A stretch of 57,435 nt of DNA from an uncultured Collinsella sp. (GTDB lineage Bacteria; Actinomycetota; Coriobacteriia; Coriobacteriales; Coriobacteriaceae), in contig URKC01000001.1 in assembly GCA_900548295.1 (NCBI GenBank), positions 1 to 57,435 of the forward strand. The letters are read 5' to 3'. Shown in pieces: positions 47,901 through 57,435 of the stretch. A program made the position numbers and the translations under genes. The notes beneath the pieces were generated by a model. That model did not search any database. It saw nothing but the letters and a program-made list of their open reading frames with translations, and was not told where the DNA came from. The first letter of the stretch is position 1; each line of letters starts with the position of its first letter.

Positions 47901-50900
47901 GGTGGCAGCGACCGGCGTGAACGCCGCGGGTGAGACGAACGTCTACGCGGCGGGCGGCTTCTTCGGACGCGCGAACAGCACCAAGTCGGCGAACGTTCAC
48001 GCCACGGCCGTAAAGGCGGTCACTGCTGACGCCTCAACTTCGGACGGTGCGGCGGGCGGATTCGTAGGCGTCTCGGCTACGGGTGGCCTTGCGGATGCGG
48101 TGAACGGTGAGGGCGAGGACTCGGGAGTCCTCAAGAACCTTCTCGAGGGTGGTCTCATCTCCGTCGACGGTCTCGTGGGCGCCGTTCCCTACTTGCTGCC
48201 TAACTACCAGAACGCCACGGTGACTTTCGTGAACGGCGGTAGCGTTGAAGCAGATATCGCCGGAGGTTTCGCGGGAGACTTCCAGGGCGGTAAGGTCAAT
48301 ATCTACACCGACGATGACCTCAAGGACGCAACGGGTGCGTACGCCCGTGCGAAGACCGCGGCCGAGCAGTCCCCCTGGGGCGTCATCAACATCGACCACG
48401 TGACAGGCGGCGCGTACGCTGGCGGCTGGGGTGGTCGCGTGACCTCGGGTGCGCTCGCGAGCGCGGGCAAGGGCGGAATCAGCCTGCTCGGCAAACTCGG
48501 CACAGTGGATATCGCCCAGCTGCTCGACGTGGTCGAGGGGTACGTGCCCCTCATCAACCGCTCCGGCGTGCTGTCGAACGCGGACACGGTGGCCGCGGAT
48601 GCCTCGGGCGCCAGGCCGAGCGATGCCGCCAACCCTGGCCTCGTCGTCTCTGCCTCGCGCCTCGATGACACGGCCTCCCAGTCCGGCACGGCCGGCGGCT
48701 ATATCGGCTATGGCTCCGGCGTGCAGGTGAGCCACTCCAACGTGACGCAACTGCGCCATACCGCGGTGACCGAGCCGAAGGATCTCGAGGGCACGGACGG
48801 CAGCAGCTACTTCGGTAATAAGAGCTCCTACGCCGTCACCGCCCCGCGCTACGCCGGCGGATACATCGGCCACATGGACGTGGGCTCTGCGGCCTCCGTG
48901 GGCGACGGCCTGTCGTTGCTGGGAACGAGCCTGCGGCTCACCGACGTGCTCGGCGTGGTGCGTGCCGTGGTCTCCACCATCGAGCACTCCGACGTGACGG
49001 GCGGCACGGGCGGTTTCGCCGTGCGCGCGAGCTCCGGTGCCACGGGCTCCTAGATCGGCGACGCGGGCGGTTTCGCGGGCCTTGTCTCCGGCGGGCACAT
49101 CCAGGATTCAAACTCCTACAACTTCTCCTACGTGATCGGCCAGATTTCGGCGGGCGGCTATGCCGGGCAGATCGAGCCGGGCGACGTGGCGCGCGTGCTG
49201 GGCGAGCTGAACACCGGTAAGGACAACGAGTCCGCACTGGCCAAGCTGCTGCACGGCCTGGTGAGCACCAACGGCGCCCTCGCGTCGCTCGTGCAGGACT
49301 TCGTGCCCACGGTTCGCAACTCCGAGACCACGTCCATCCCCTGCGGCGGCGCCGTGCGCGCGCAGGCCGCCAGCACCGAGAGCGTGCAGCGCGGCATGGC
49401 AGGCGGCTACGTGGGGCATAACCTCGGCGGTCACATCTGGGGCACCAGCAACGCGCCGTGGACGAGCGCCGCGTCGTGGGAGTCCGAGAAGGACGGCAGC
49501 AACCACTACACCGGCACCCGGCGCGACGCCATGGCCGAGCGCATCCGCAGCGTCTACGGCGCTGAGATGGCCGGTGGTTTCACGGGCTATATGGAGCCTG
49601 GCGACACTGCCAAGACGGGGAGCGTCAGCCTGCTCTTCGGCCTGGTGAAGGCCAACAATATCCTGGGCGCTCTGCAGGTGGCCTATCCCACCGAGGAGAA
49701 CACGCAGGTCACGGGCCCCGTGCGCGGCATCAGCCTCGAGACGTGGAATAGCTGGTCTCAGCACGTTGCCTCTAAGGGCTACTATGGCGGCGATTTCTAC
49801 GGCAAGACGTTTACCACCGAGGATGAGCTCGCGGCCTTCCTCGCTGATTACGTCTATGGTACTAATGTGGTTGCTGGGCGCGCTGCATACGAGAACAAGG
49901 CGAACACCATGCACGGCGGTGTGGCCGGCGGCTACGTGGGCCTCATGCGCGGTGGCACCGTCACCAACGGCCGGGCCTTCGACACCAAGACCGTGCGCGC
50001 CATGCGCGCGGCGGGTGGATTTGCCGGCCGCATGGAGACGGGCGGTGCCGTGGAGCTGGGCGGCGTGAAGGTGCTCGGACTGAACCTCAACCTCGGCCAG
50101 CTGCTCAACGTGGCCCAGGTGCTCGTTCCGGTGGTGAAGAGCTCCAGCGTGCAGGGCTTCCGCACGGGTATGGCCGTCAAGGCTACGGGAACCGATTTCA
50201 AGCACGAGACCGGCTTTGCCGGCGGCTACGTGGGCTACGCCTCTGGCGCGCAGCTGTGGGGCGATGCCACGTTCTCCGATGCCGACAAGGATGCCAACCG
50301 CTGGTCCATCGGCGCCACGCATGGCGGCTACACCGCTACGGGCGACAACGTCACCAACCTGCGCAAGGTCTCGGGCGCTAACTGCGTGGGCGGCTACGCG
50401 GGCCTCATGACGGCCGCGGGCGTGGCGGACGTGAACACGAATGCGTCTTCGGGTCTGCTGCAGAAGATCCTGGACAGCATCATCTCCACGCCGAACGACC
50501 TCGCGCAGGTGCTGAACGCCACGGTCTCCACCGTGCGCGGTGCGAGTGTCTCCGCCGTGACGGCGGGGGATGGCGCGACCGAGGCCCAGCAGAACGCCGC
50601 AGCCTGGGGTTTCACAGTCGACGGCTCCTATAAGGAAGGCAACGCCACCAAGTACGCCCGCGCGGCGGGCGGCTTCGCGGGATCGATGAAGGCCGTGGTC
50701 GCGGGCACGAAGGACCGGGACGAGGGCGCAACGGACGCCGTTACCAACACACTGCAGGTCATCGGCCTGCGCGGCGTGGAGGGCGGCCAGTACGCGGGCG
50801 GATTCTTCGGCCAGGCGGACATCGAGAGCGTGGCCTCCGTGGCGGGCGGCGACGGCGATGCCAACGGCGACCAGTCCACGAGCCTGCTGCTCAAGCTGCT

Positions 50901-53223
50901 GAAGGCTGGCAACATCTCCGCGCTCGACGCCTTCCGCACCTACGTGTACCACGCGAACGTGGCGGGCGTGGCAGACGGCTTCCAGGTCCGCGCGCACGAT
51001 GCCAGCAAGCAAGGCATGCTCGATTCCACGCGCTTCACAGGCGTGGCCGGTGGCTTCGGCGGCGCGCTCATCAACGGCAGCGTGAAGAACGCGACCGTCG
51101 CCAACCTGTCCTCCGTGGAGGGCGTCAACTACACGGGCGGCTTCATCGGGCATCTGGGCAAGGGTGGCACGGTGGACGCGGACAAGGTCGGCGTCCTGTC
51201 GAACCTCAACCTCCTCGGCGCCACCGCGGGCGTGCTCGACATCTGGGGCTCCCACGTCGAGAACTCCAGCGTGACGGGCATCGCCGACGGCTACACGGTG
51301 ACGTCGACGCATCGGGGCGCTGACTACGGCCGCGGCACCGAGGCCGCGAGCGGTCGCGAGGCCGCGGGCGGTTTCGCGGGCTACGCCGACCTGGCGCGCG
51401 TGAAGGACTGCACGGTCACCAACCTCAAGAAGGTCGCGAGCGGTGAGGTCGCCGGCGGCTTCGTGGGCGAGACCAAGCGCGCATACCTGGTGGATGCGCA
51501 GGTTAGCTCCGTGCTGGTGGACGGTCTGCTGGTGATCGTGAACGCGCTGCTGAAGCTACTCTACGCGAATCAGCTCCAGAACCTGGGCGTCATCGACATA
51601 GGCAAGTGGTTCCCCGGCGTGAGCAAGGTCTTCGACCTCAAGGTGCTCGCCGAGGGCGAGACGCTCTACGTGAACCTCTTCGGCCTGAAGGTCGGCGTGG
51701 CGCTGTCCCGCGCGGATACCGAGAACAAGCAGCAGACTGACGTGGCGATCATCACCATCGGCGACTCCACCATCAAGCTGCCGTGTACGGAAAAAGGCGG
51801 CGTGGACACCAAGGGCGATCGTGCCAACATCGACGCGCAGCTCATCAAGGGCAACCGCACGCGTGTGGAGAGCTCCTCGGTCACGGGTATCGCGGTGGGC
51901 TATGACGTCTTCGGCGGCGGCGCGAGCCAGGCTGAGAACGGCGACGGGCTTGACGGCCTTACCACGGGCTACGCGGGCGGTTTCGCCGGCCTGAACGACG
52001 AAGGCGTACTCGCGAACGACCACATGGTGCTCGCCGACGTGATCCGCGGCACGAGCGGCCTGGTGGACCCCTTCGCCAACACCAAGCTCAAGAGCGTGTG
52101 GGACTTCAACTCCATGAGCGACATCGTGGGCGAGAAGGACGGCAACTACAACTCGTACAAGATCTACCGCTCCAGGAACGAGAGCCTGGCCGACGCATTC
52201 ACGTCGAACAGCAAGAGTGGGGCGGCGAGCGCCACCTTCGCCAAGCGCGATGGCAACGCCGATGGCACCGGCATGGATGCCTTCACGGTGAGCCTGTTGA
52301 AGCCGGTGGACGCGAGCGGCAAGGCCTCCGTCAACACCTACGATGGCACCGTGCCCACGAGCGAGGCGTCCGGTGACGCGGACACCGCTTGGCTCGGCAT
52401 CAAGGACGCCGTGCGCCAGAATGCGGACGGTAGCCAGAGGCAGGAGCTCAAGGCCTATGAATCCGCCGCCAAGGCCGTGCTGATGCGGGACACCCCGGTG
52501 TCCGACAACGCCGGCGGCATCACGCCCGAGCCGGGCGAGGGGCAGGATCCGTGCGACACCTACGTGAAGCTCACGCTGCAAAAGGTGTGGGATGACCAAG
52601 GCAACAAGGCCGGCCTGCGGCCTGCGAGCATCAAGCTGACCGTGGTTGCGTCGTACAAGGACGCTGCCGGGAATGTCGTGACGCCCGCGATCACGCTGAA
52701 GGATGGGTCGACCTGGACGAACCCGCACGAGGTGGAGCTGACCGGTAAGGACTCATCCAACTGGTCCGACACCTGGCGCACGGTGATCGAGGGGCTGCCG
52801 GTGGCGGTGAAGGACGCTGACGGCGCCACACATTACCTGAACTATGCCGTGCAAGGTGAGGCCGTGAATGATGGCGCCGCCGCGCAGCCTGGCGTGCGGT
52901 TCGGCAAGGTCGAGGGCGGCAACACCGCGTACGTGCCGCCCGAGCAGGCCGGCTACAGCTCCGCGGTGGGCTCCGAGGCCAACACTCTCACGATCACCGT
53001 CACCAACACCCATCGCGATGCCCTGCCCGACACGGGCGGCCGCGGCATCTGGCTGTTCCTGATGATCGGTGCGGCGCTGGGCTGCGCCGGAGCCTACGAG
53101 GCGTGGCGTCGTCGGCGCGCGGGACAACTCGCCGTGGCGGGCGCCCCGACTGCGGGCGCTACGGTCACCGCACTGCAGCCGCGGCCGGTCGGGGGCCACT
53201 TCCGTGACGGGGGTGCGCGATGA
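44946..53223 (+). pseudogene. Giant pilus-associated adhesin (about 2760 aa if intact; GGFAG repeats, Cna-B-like domain, LPDTG), disrupted by a G9 frameshift (45115-45123) and an in-frame TAG (49051-49053)
   Basis: Signal-peptide ORF from 44946 leaves frame at G9; the downstream frame is open 45121-49050 and resumes in the same frame after TAG; KVWDD motif; LPDTG, TM helix, RRRR. Confidence 0.85.
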
Positions 53224-53426
53224 ACGATTCGACGAGCGGGCTGCCGCGCACGGGCGTGCACAGCAGGGGAGGGCGCTTCGTGCGGTCTCCGGGGGTTCCG
53301 CCTGACGGGCCGCCGCTGCGCGCGAGGTGAGCGGATGCGTATGCATATCAACGCGAGCCGGCGAGTTCGGCGTCGCGAGGTAATAGCTATGGAATCAATT
53401 GGGGAGATAGCGAGAAAGGAAACAAG

Positions 53427-54965
53427 ATGACCACTATCTTCAAGAAGACGGCTGCGCTGTTTGCGCTTGTCGCCGTGGTGCTGGCCGGCGTCGTGGTCGC
53501 CGCGCCTGCGTATGCTGTCGGGACCGGCAAGCTCACAGTGACGAGCAGCGATGCCGGGTTCAACGGTGCCAAGGTCGACGCGTGGCAGATGTTCACGGCG
53601 ACAAAGAACGGCAGCACGTACACGTTTGAGGTTGTTGACAGCTGGAAGGACTTCTTCACGAATACGGCTGAAGGTTATCCTAGCATCACGGATGACAAGG
53701 ACTTCAACGCGAATGCCTCTGATTACGTGCGCAACCTGGGTAAAGCCGATTCTGATAAGGTGACCAAGTTCGCCAAGAAGGCCGCCAAGTGGGCCAAGGA
53801 CAGCTCCATTCCTACCACTAAGCAGGCTACCGCTACGGCGTCTGGCTCGAACTACACCGCCACGTTCTCCGGTCTCGATTTCGGTTACTACCTGGTGAAG
53901 CCCTACGCTTCCGGTGAGAAGGACGGCAGCACTCGCGGTACCGACGCTATGCTCATCAGTGTCGTCGACGAAAATGCCACCATTACCCTCAAGAACACCT
54001 ACCCGACCGTTGACAAGAAGGTCGAGAACAGCAAGGGCAACGGCGCTCAAGTGGGCGACAAGGTCACCTTCACGCTGACCTCCAAGGTGCCCGACACCTC
54101 CGAGTTCGATCACTACACCTTCAAGCTACTCGATACCATGTCCCAGGGCCTGACCTTCAACGGGGATGCCGAGATCACCATTGGCGGCACCAAGCTGGCG
54201 GCCGGGACGGACTACACCGTGACGACGCCCTCCACGGATAACAACAACACCGTCACCTTCGACCTTTCCACCTACATCAAGCCTGAGAGCGGCACCTCAG
54301 CTGCCAAGGCTGGCGACACCATCACCGTCACCTACAGCGCGACGCTGAACGAGAAGGCCGAGACCAGCACGACCGGCAATGGCAACACCAACTCCGCCAA
54401 GGTCCAGTACACCAACGGCCCCAACACCACCGATTTCGGCGAGTCCACTCCGTCCGAGACCCACACCTACACCTTCGGCTTCGACCTGAAGAAGGTCGAC
54501 GGCGACAATCAGGCTCTTGCCGGTGCCAAGTTCTCCCTGTACAAGAAGGGCTCTACCGAAGCCATCCAGTTCGTGACGGCCACTGGGGGTGCCTATCGCG
54601 TGGCCACCAACGCCGACGCCGGCGAAAAGGTCACCGAGGTCGAGACGCCTGAGAACGGCATCATCAAGTTCACCGGCCTCGACGACGGCGAGTACACGCT
54701 GAAAGAGACCCAGGCTCCGACCGACTACAACAAGGCCGCCGACACCGAGATTAAGATCACGGCGAAATACGGGACGGACGGTACGCTCGACACCTGGACC
54801 GTCACCAACAAGGGCAACGATGGCTTCGTCACCATCGTCAACCGCAAGGGCACCCTGCTGCCCTCCACCGGCGGCATGGGCACCGTGATCTTCACCGTCG
54901 CGGGTGCTGCGATCGTCATCGCCGGCGTGGCGTGGACCATCGCCCGTCGTCGCGCTCAGAACTAG
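53427..54965 (+). CDS. Sortase-dependent pilus backbone (major) pilin
   Basis: Signal peptide; pilin motif KNTYPTVDK; E-box YTLKETQAPTDY; LPSTG, TM helix, RRR. Confidence 0.92.
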   Translation: MTTIFKKTAALFALVAVVLAGVVVAAPAYAVGTGKLTVTSSDAGFNGAKVDAWQMFTATKNGSTYTFEVVDSWKDFFTNTAEGYPSITDDKDFNANASDYVRNLGKADSDKVTKFAKKAAKWAKDSSIPTTKQATATASGSNYTATFSGLDFGYYLVKPYASGEKDGSTRGTDAMLISVVDENATITLKNTYPTVDKKVENSKGNGAQVGDKVTFTLTSKVPDTSEFDHYTFKLLDTMSQGLTFNGDAEITIGGTKLAAGTDYTVTTPSTDNNNTVTFDLSTYIKPESGTSAAKAGDTITVTYSATLNEKAETSTTGNGNTNSAKVQYTNGPNTTDFGESTPSETHTYTFGFDLKKVDGDNQALAGAKFSLYKKGSTEAIQFVTATGGAYRVATNADAGEKVTEVETPENGIIKFTGLDDGEYTLKETQAPTDYNKAADTEIKITAKYGTDGTLDTWTVTNKGNDGFVTIVNRKGTLLPSTGGMGTVIFTVAGAAIVIAGVAWTIARRRAQN

Positions 54966-54986
54966 CGCAGAGCCTGGGCTGGATCG

Positions 54987-56057
54987 TTGAAGCGCCTGCG
55001 CGACATACTTCCCCTGATCGTGGTGCTGGTGGGGCTGGCCATCATGGCGTACCCCACCATCTCGAACTTCCTTGTGGAGCGCAACGCCTCCCGGGTGGTC
55101 TCGGGCTACGAAAAGGCCGTGTCGGGCCTCTCCGACGAGGACGCCCAGGCCATGATGGATGCCGCGCGGGCGTACAACGCCCGGCTCGCGGGGCTTGCCG
55201 GCATCTCCGCTGCCGATGGTGGCGCGGATGCCGGCACCGTCTCGTCCACGCAGCTGCGCGAGCAATACAGCCAACTGCTCAACCTCAACGGCGACGGCGT
55301 GATGGGCTACATCACCATCCCGCGCCTGGACGAGACGCTGCCCATCTACCACGGCACCGACGAGGCAACGCTCCAGGTGGGCGTGGGCCATATCGACACC
55401 TCGTCGCTGCCCGTGGGCGGGGCCAGCACGCACGCGGCGCTGTCCGGCCATCGCGGGCTGCCGTCCGCCAAGCTGTTCACGGACCTGGACCGGATGAAAA
55501 AGGGCGACATCTTCTTCGTCCGCGTGCTCAAGAGCACGTTCGCCTACCAGGTCGACCAGATCGAGACCGTCCTGCCCGACCAGACGGAATCACTCGACAT
55601 CACCGCCGGGGACGACTACCTGACCCTCGTCACCTGTACACCGTACGGCATAAATTCTCATCGTCTGCTGGTGAGAGGGCATGCCATACCGTATACGGCT
55701 GACATGGATTCGCAGGTGGGCGTGTCCGGCAATCCAATCAACATTCCCTTGCCGTACCTTGCGCTGATGATCGCGTTGGCGGTGCTTGCCGTACTGCTCG
55801 CGTCGTTGCTAATCGGGCGTGCGATCGAGGCGCGGCGCGACGCCGCCCATGCAGCGGCGGGCTCGCGCGTGGCCGGTGCACGGCAGGCGGGGAGCTCGTG
55901 CGACGCGGCTGGTACGGGGGAGACGAGCGTGGTGACGCGTCCCGGCGGCTCGGGCCACGGGGCGCGTGGGGCTCACGCGGGCCGCGGAATGCACGGCGCG
56001 CACGAGATACACGATTCTACAAGGAGGGGCGGCCATGGTGGCAAGCACATGCGATAG
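54987..56057 (+). CDS. srtC: Class C (pilus) sortase
   Basis: LPIYHGT, GHIDTSSLPVGG, SGHRG, TLVTCTPYGINSHRLLVRG, C-terminal TM helix. Confidence 0.93.
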   Translation: MKRLRDILPLIVVLVGLAIMAYPTISNFLVERNASRVVSGYEKAVSGLSDEDAQAMMDAARAYNARLAGLAGISAADGGADAGTVSSTQLREQYSQLLNLNGDGVMGYITIPRLDETLPIYHGTDEATLQVGVGHIDTSSLPVGGASTHAALSGHRGLPSAKLFTDLDRMKKGDIFFVRVLKSTFAYQVDQIETVLPDQTESLDITAGDDYLTLVTCTPYGINSHRLLVRGHAIPYTADMDSQVGVSGNPINIPLPYLALMIALAVLAVLLASLLIGRAIEARRDAAHAAAGSRVAGARQAGSSCDAAGTGETSVVTRPGGSGHGARGAHAGRGMHGAHEIHDSTRRGGHGGKHMR

Positions 56058-56847
56058 CGGGATGATGGCTTCGCGCCGTTTCGACGACGGTGCCATCGCG
56101 GGCGCGCGGATTTGCGCGGTTCGGCGTGCGTGCCTTGTCTTGGCGTTTGCAGTCTTCGCGTGCGCCTGGGTGATCGCGGCTGCTGTGGCCGCTCCGCAGA
56201 CGGCGGCTGTCGCGCCGAAGGGGTCTATCTCCCTGTCCGTCGTTACTCAGGATTCCAACGGCTCACATCAACTTGCAGGGGATACATTCACCCTGGTACA
56301 GGTCGCGACGGCACAGGTGCACGATGGCGGCAGCGGACAGTCCACAGGCGTGACGTACACCATGCTCGCGGGCTTCGAGCGCTACGACCGCGACTGGGCG
56401 TCGCTGTCCGCCTCCGACGTTGCCGCAGCTGCGAAAAATTTGACGCAGGCCGCGTTCGATGCTGGCGCGCTCGATGCCGGTGTGCCCCGGAAGGTGCCGG
56501 AGGGCGCGCGCACGCTGACGTTTTCCGGTCTTGATAGCGGCCTGTACCTGGTGGTTCGCACGGGCGCGGCCGATGCCAACAAGAGCCTGACCTGCGATCC
56601 CGTGCTGGTCTCCGTGCCGCTGCTCGAGGACGGTTCGTTTACCTATGACGTGGACGTCGATCCTAAGTTCGAGTGGACGGATGTCGACCATCCAGGTGGC
56701 AACGGTGGCGGCACTGAGGCTGATCGCGGCACGCCCGGCTGGTTGCCCAAGACCGGCGACTACGTTATCGGCGTGGTGTGCCTGCTGGTGGCAGGCGGCT
56801 CCATTGCCGTCCACATCGGCCGCCGCCTGCGCGAAAAGCGCGCCTGA
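56035..56847 (+). CDS. Ancillary/basal pilin (LPxTG protein)
   Basis: ATG 56035 after AAGGAGG; FSGLDSGLYLV, VDPK, LPKTG, TM helix, basic tail. Confidence 0.8.
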   Translation: MVASTCDSGMMASRRFDDGAIAGARICAVRRACLVLAFAVFACAWVIAAAVAAPQTAAVAPKGSISLSVVTQDSNGSHQLAGDTFTLVQVATAQVHDGGSGQSTGVTYTMLAGFERYDRDWASLSASDVAAAAKNLTQAAFDAGALDAGVPRKVPEGARTLTFSGLDSGLYLVVRTGAADANKSLTCDPVLVSVPLLEDGSFTYDVDVDPKFEWTDVDHPGGNGGGTEADRGTPGWLPKTGDYVIGVVCLLVAGGSIAVHIGRRLREKRA

Positions 56848-56929
56848 GCGGGACAAAAGCACCACGTTCGAATGTCCCACGACCGAGACGAGGGTGGGGC
56901 AAGGGCGCTGCCGCCTCGATCAGCCCAGA

Positions 56930-56987
56930 TTGCGCAAAAGTGGAGCGAACTTCGGGATTTAGCCGAGTTCGCTCCACTTTTGCGCAA
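56930..56987. repeat. Perfect 22-bp inverted repeat hairpin
   Basis: TTGCGCAAAAGTGGAGCGAACT / AGTTCGCTCCACTTTTGCGCAA. Confidence 0.8.
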
Positions 56988-57435
56988 ATCCTATAGCCGT
57001 GCGGCGAAAAATGGTGTACGCCACTTTCAGGACCGTCGATTGTCGTCCAATCTAGGCGACCTTTCCCAGCTTGTTCAAGAGCGCGCCCTCGACGACCGTG
57101 CGGAATCGTCTCACCTGCTCGTCCGTGGCGGCCCGCAGCGCCGGCGAGTTCGAGAAAAAGGAGGTGGAAGAGAGCCGCTCGAAGGCGGCTCAGTACCTGT
57201 CAACGAAATCGGGGCAGATTCAGACGAATCCCGAGGGGTGGGTCCGGCCGCACCTCCCACGGGGTGCCGCGCCTCCCGGCGCGGTGCTCCGGGCCCGCAA
57301 GGGGCCCTGCGCCCGCTCGGCTTTTGCTCGGGCACGGCGGTCCGTCGCTTCTGCCTCGCTCTCGCTGCGCGACCAGGAAACGCTCCCTCGGGGTCGCCTT
57401 CCCCGCTCGCTCTGCTCGCGCCGCCCGTGTCCCGC

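Larger units (their letters stand above)
40284..57435. mobile_element. Integrative element / genomic island adjacent to the tRNA-fMet 3' end; far boundary not seen
   Basis: Integrase convergent on the tRNA, excisionase, replication-type genes, lower-GC segment, pilus cargo; I saw no second att copy in the window. Confidence 0.75.

Noticed and set aside
49051..49053. Pyrrolysine recoding of the adhesin TAG
   Set aside because: No pyl genes in the window and the protein class is not a known Pyl target; nonsense mutation is more parsimonious

Overview
High-GC actinobacterial chromosome segment. Gene content suggests a gut Coriobacteriia member, probably Collinsella-like (inference). 1-40283 is mostly core genome: a large cell-wall-anchored multimodular GH31 glycosidase, purE/purF/purM/purN, class B sortase, PrsA-like foldase, a polar amino-acid ABC transporter, an NfnAB/SudAB pair, pth, prs, glmU, an ECF transporter, xth, a sirtuin, a folP-folK fusion, coaX, an intact-looking IS3-family element and tRNA-fMet. 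From 40284 to the window end lies an integrative element: frameshifted tyrosine integrase, excisionase, HTH plus DnaC/IstB-like replication genes and a sortase-C pilus cluster. Its giant adhesin gene is out of frame at a G9 tract and also carries an in-frame TAG. The most unusual signal is non-coding: several families of inverted-repeat cassettes with conserved arms and geometry but variable interiors. Two cassettes of exactly 204 bp bracket a gene for an AbiEi/DUF559-like nuclease-fold protein, and a third at the window edge has the same arm spacing. There is also an alternating-orientation mini-array with 25-26 nt spacers, two cassettes sharing a motif at their dyad centre, a cassette embedded in frame in an ATPase gene, and a dispersed GGGACAG REP-like hairpin family.
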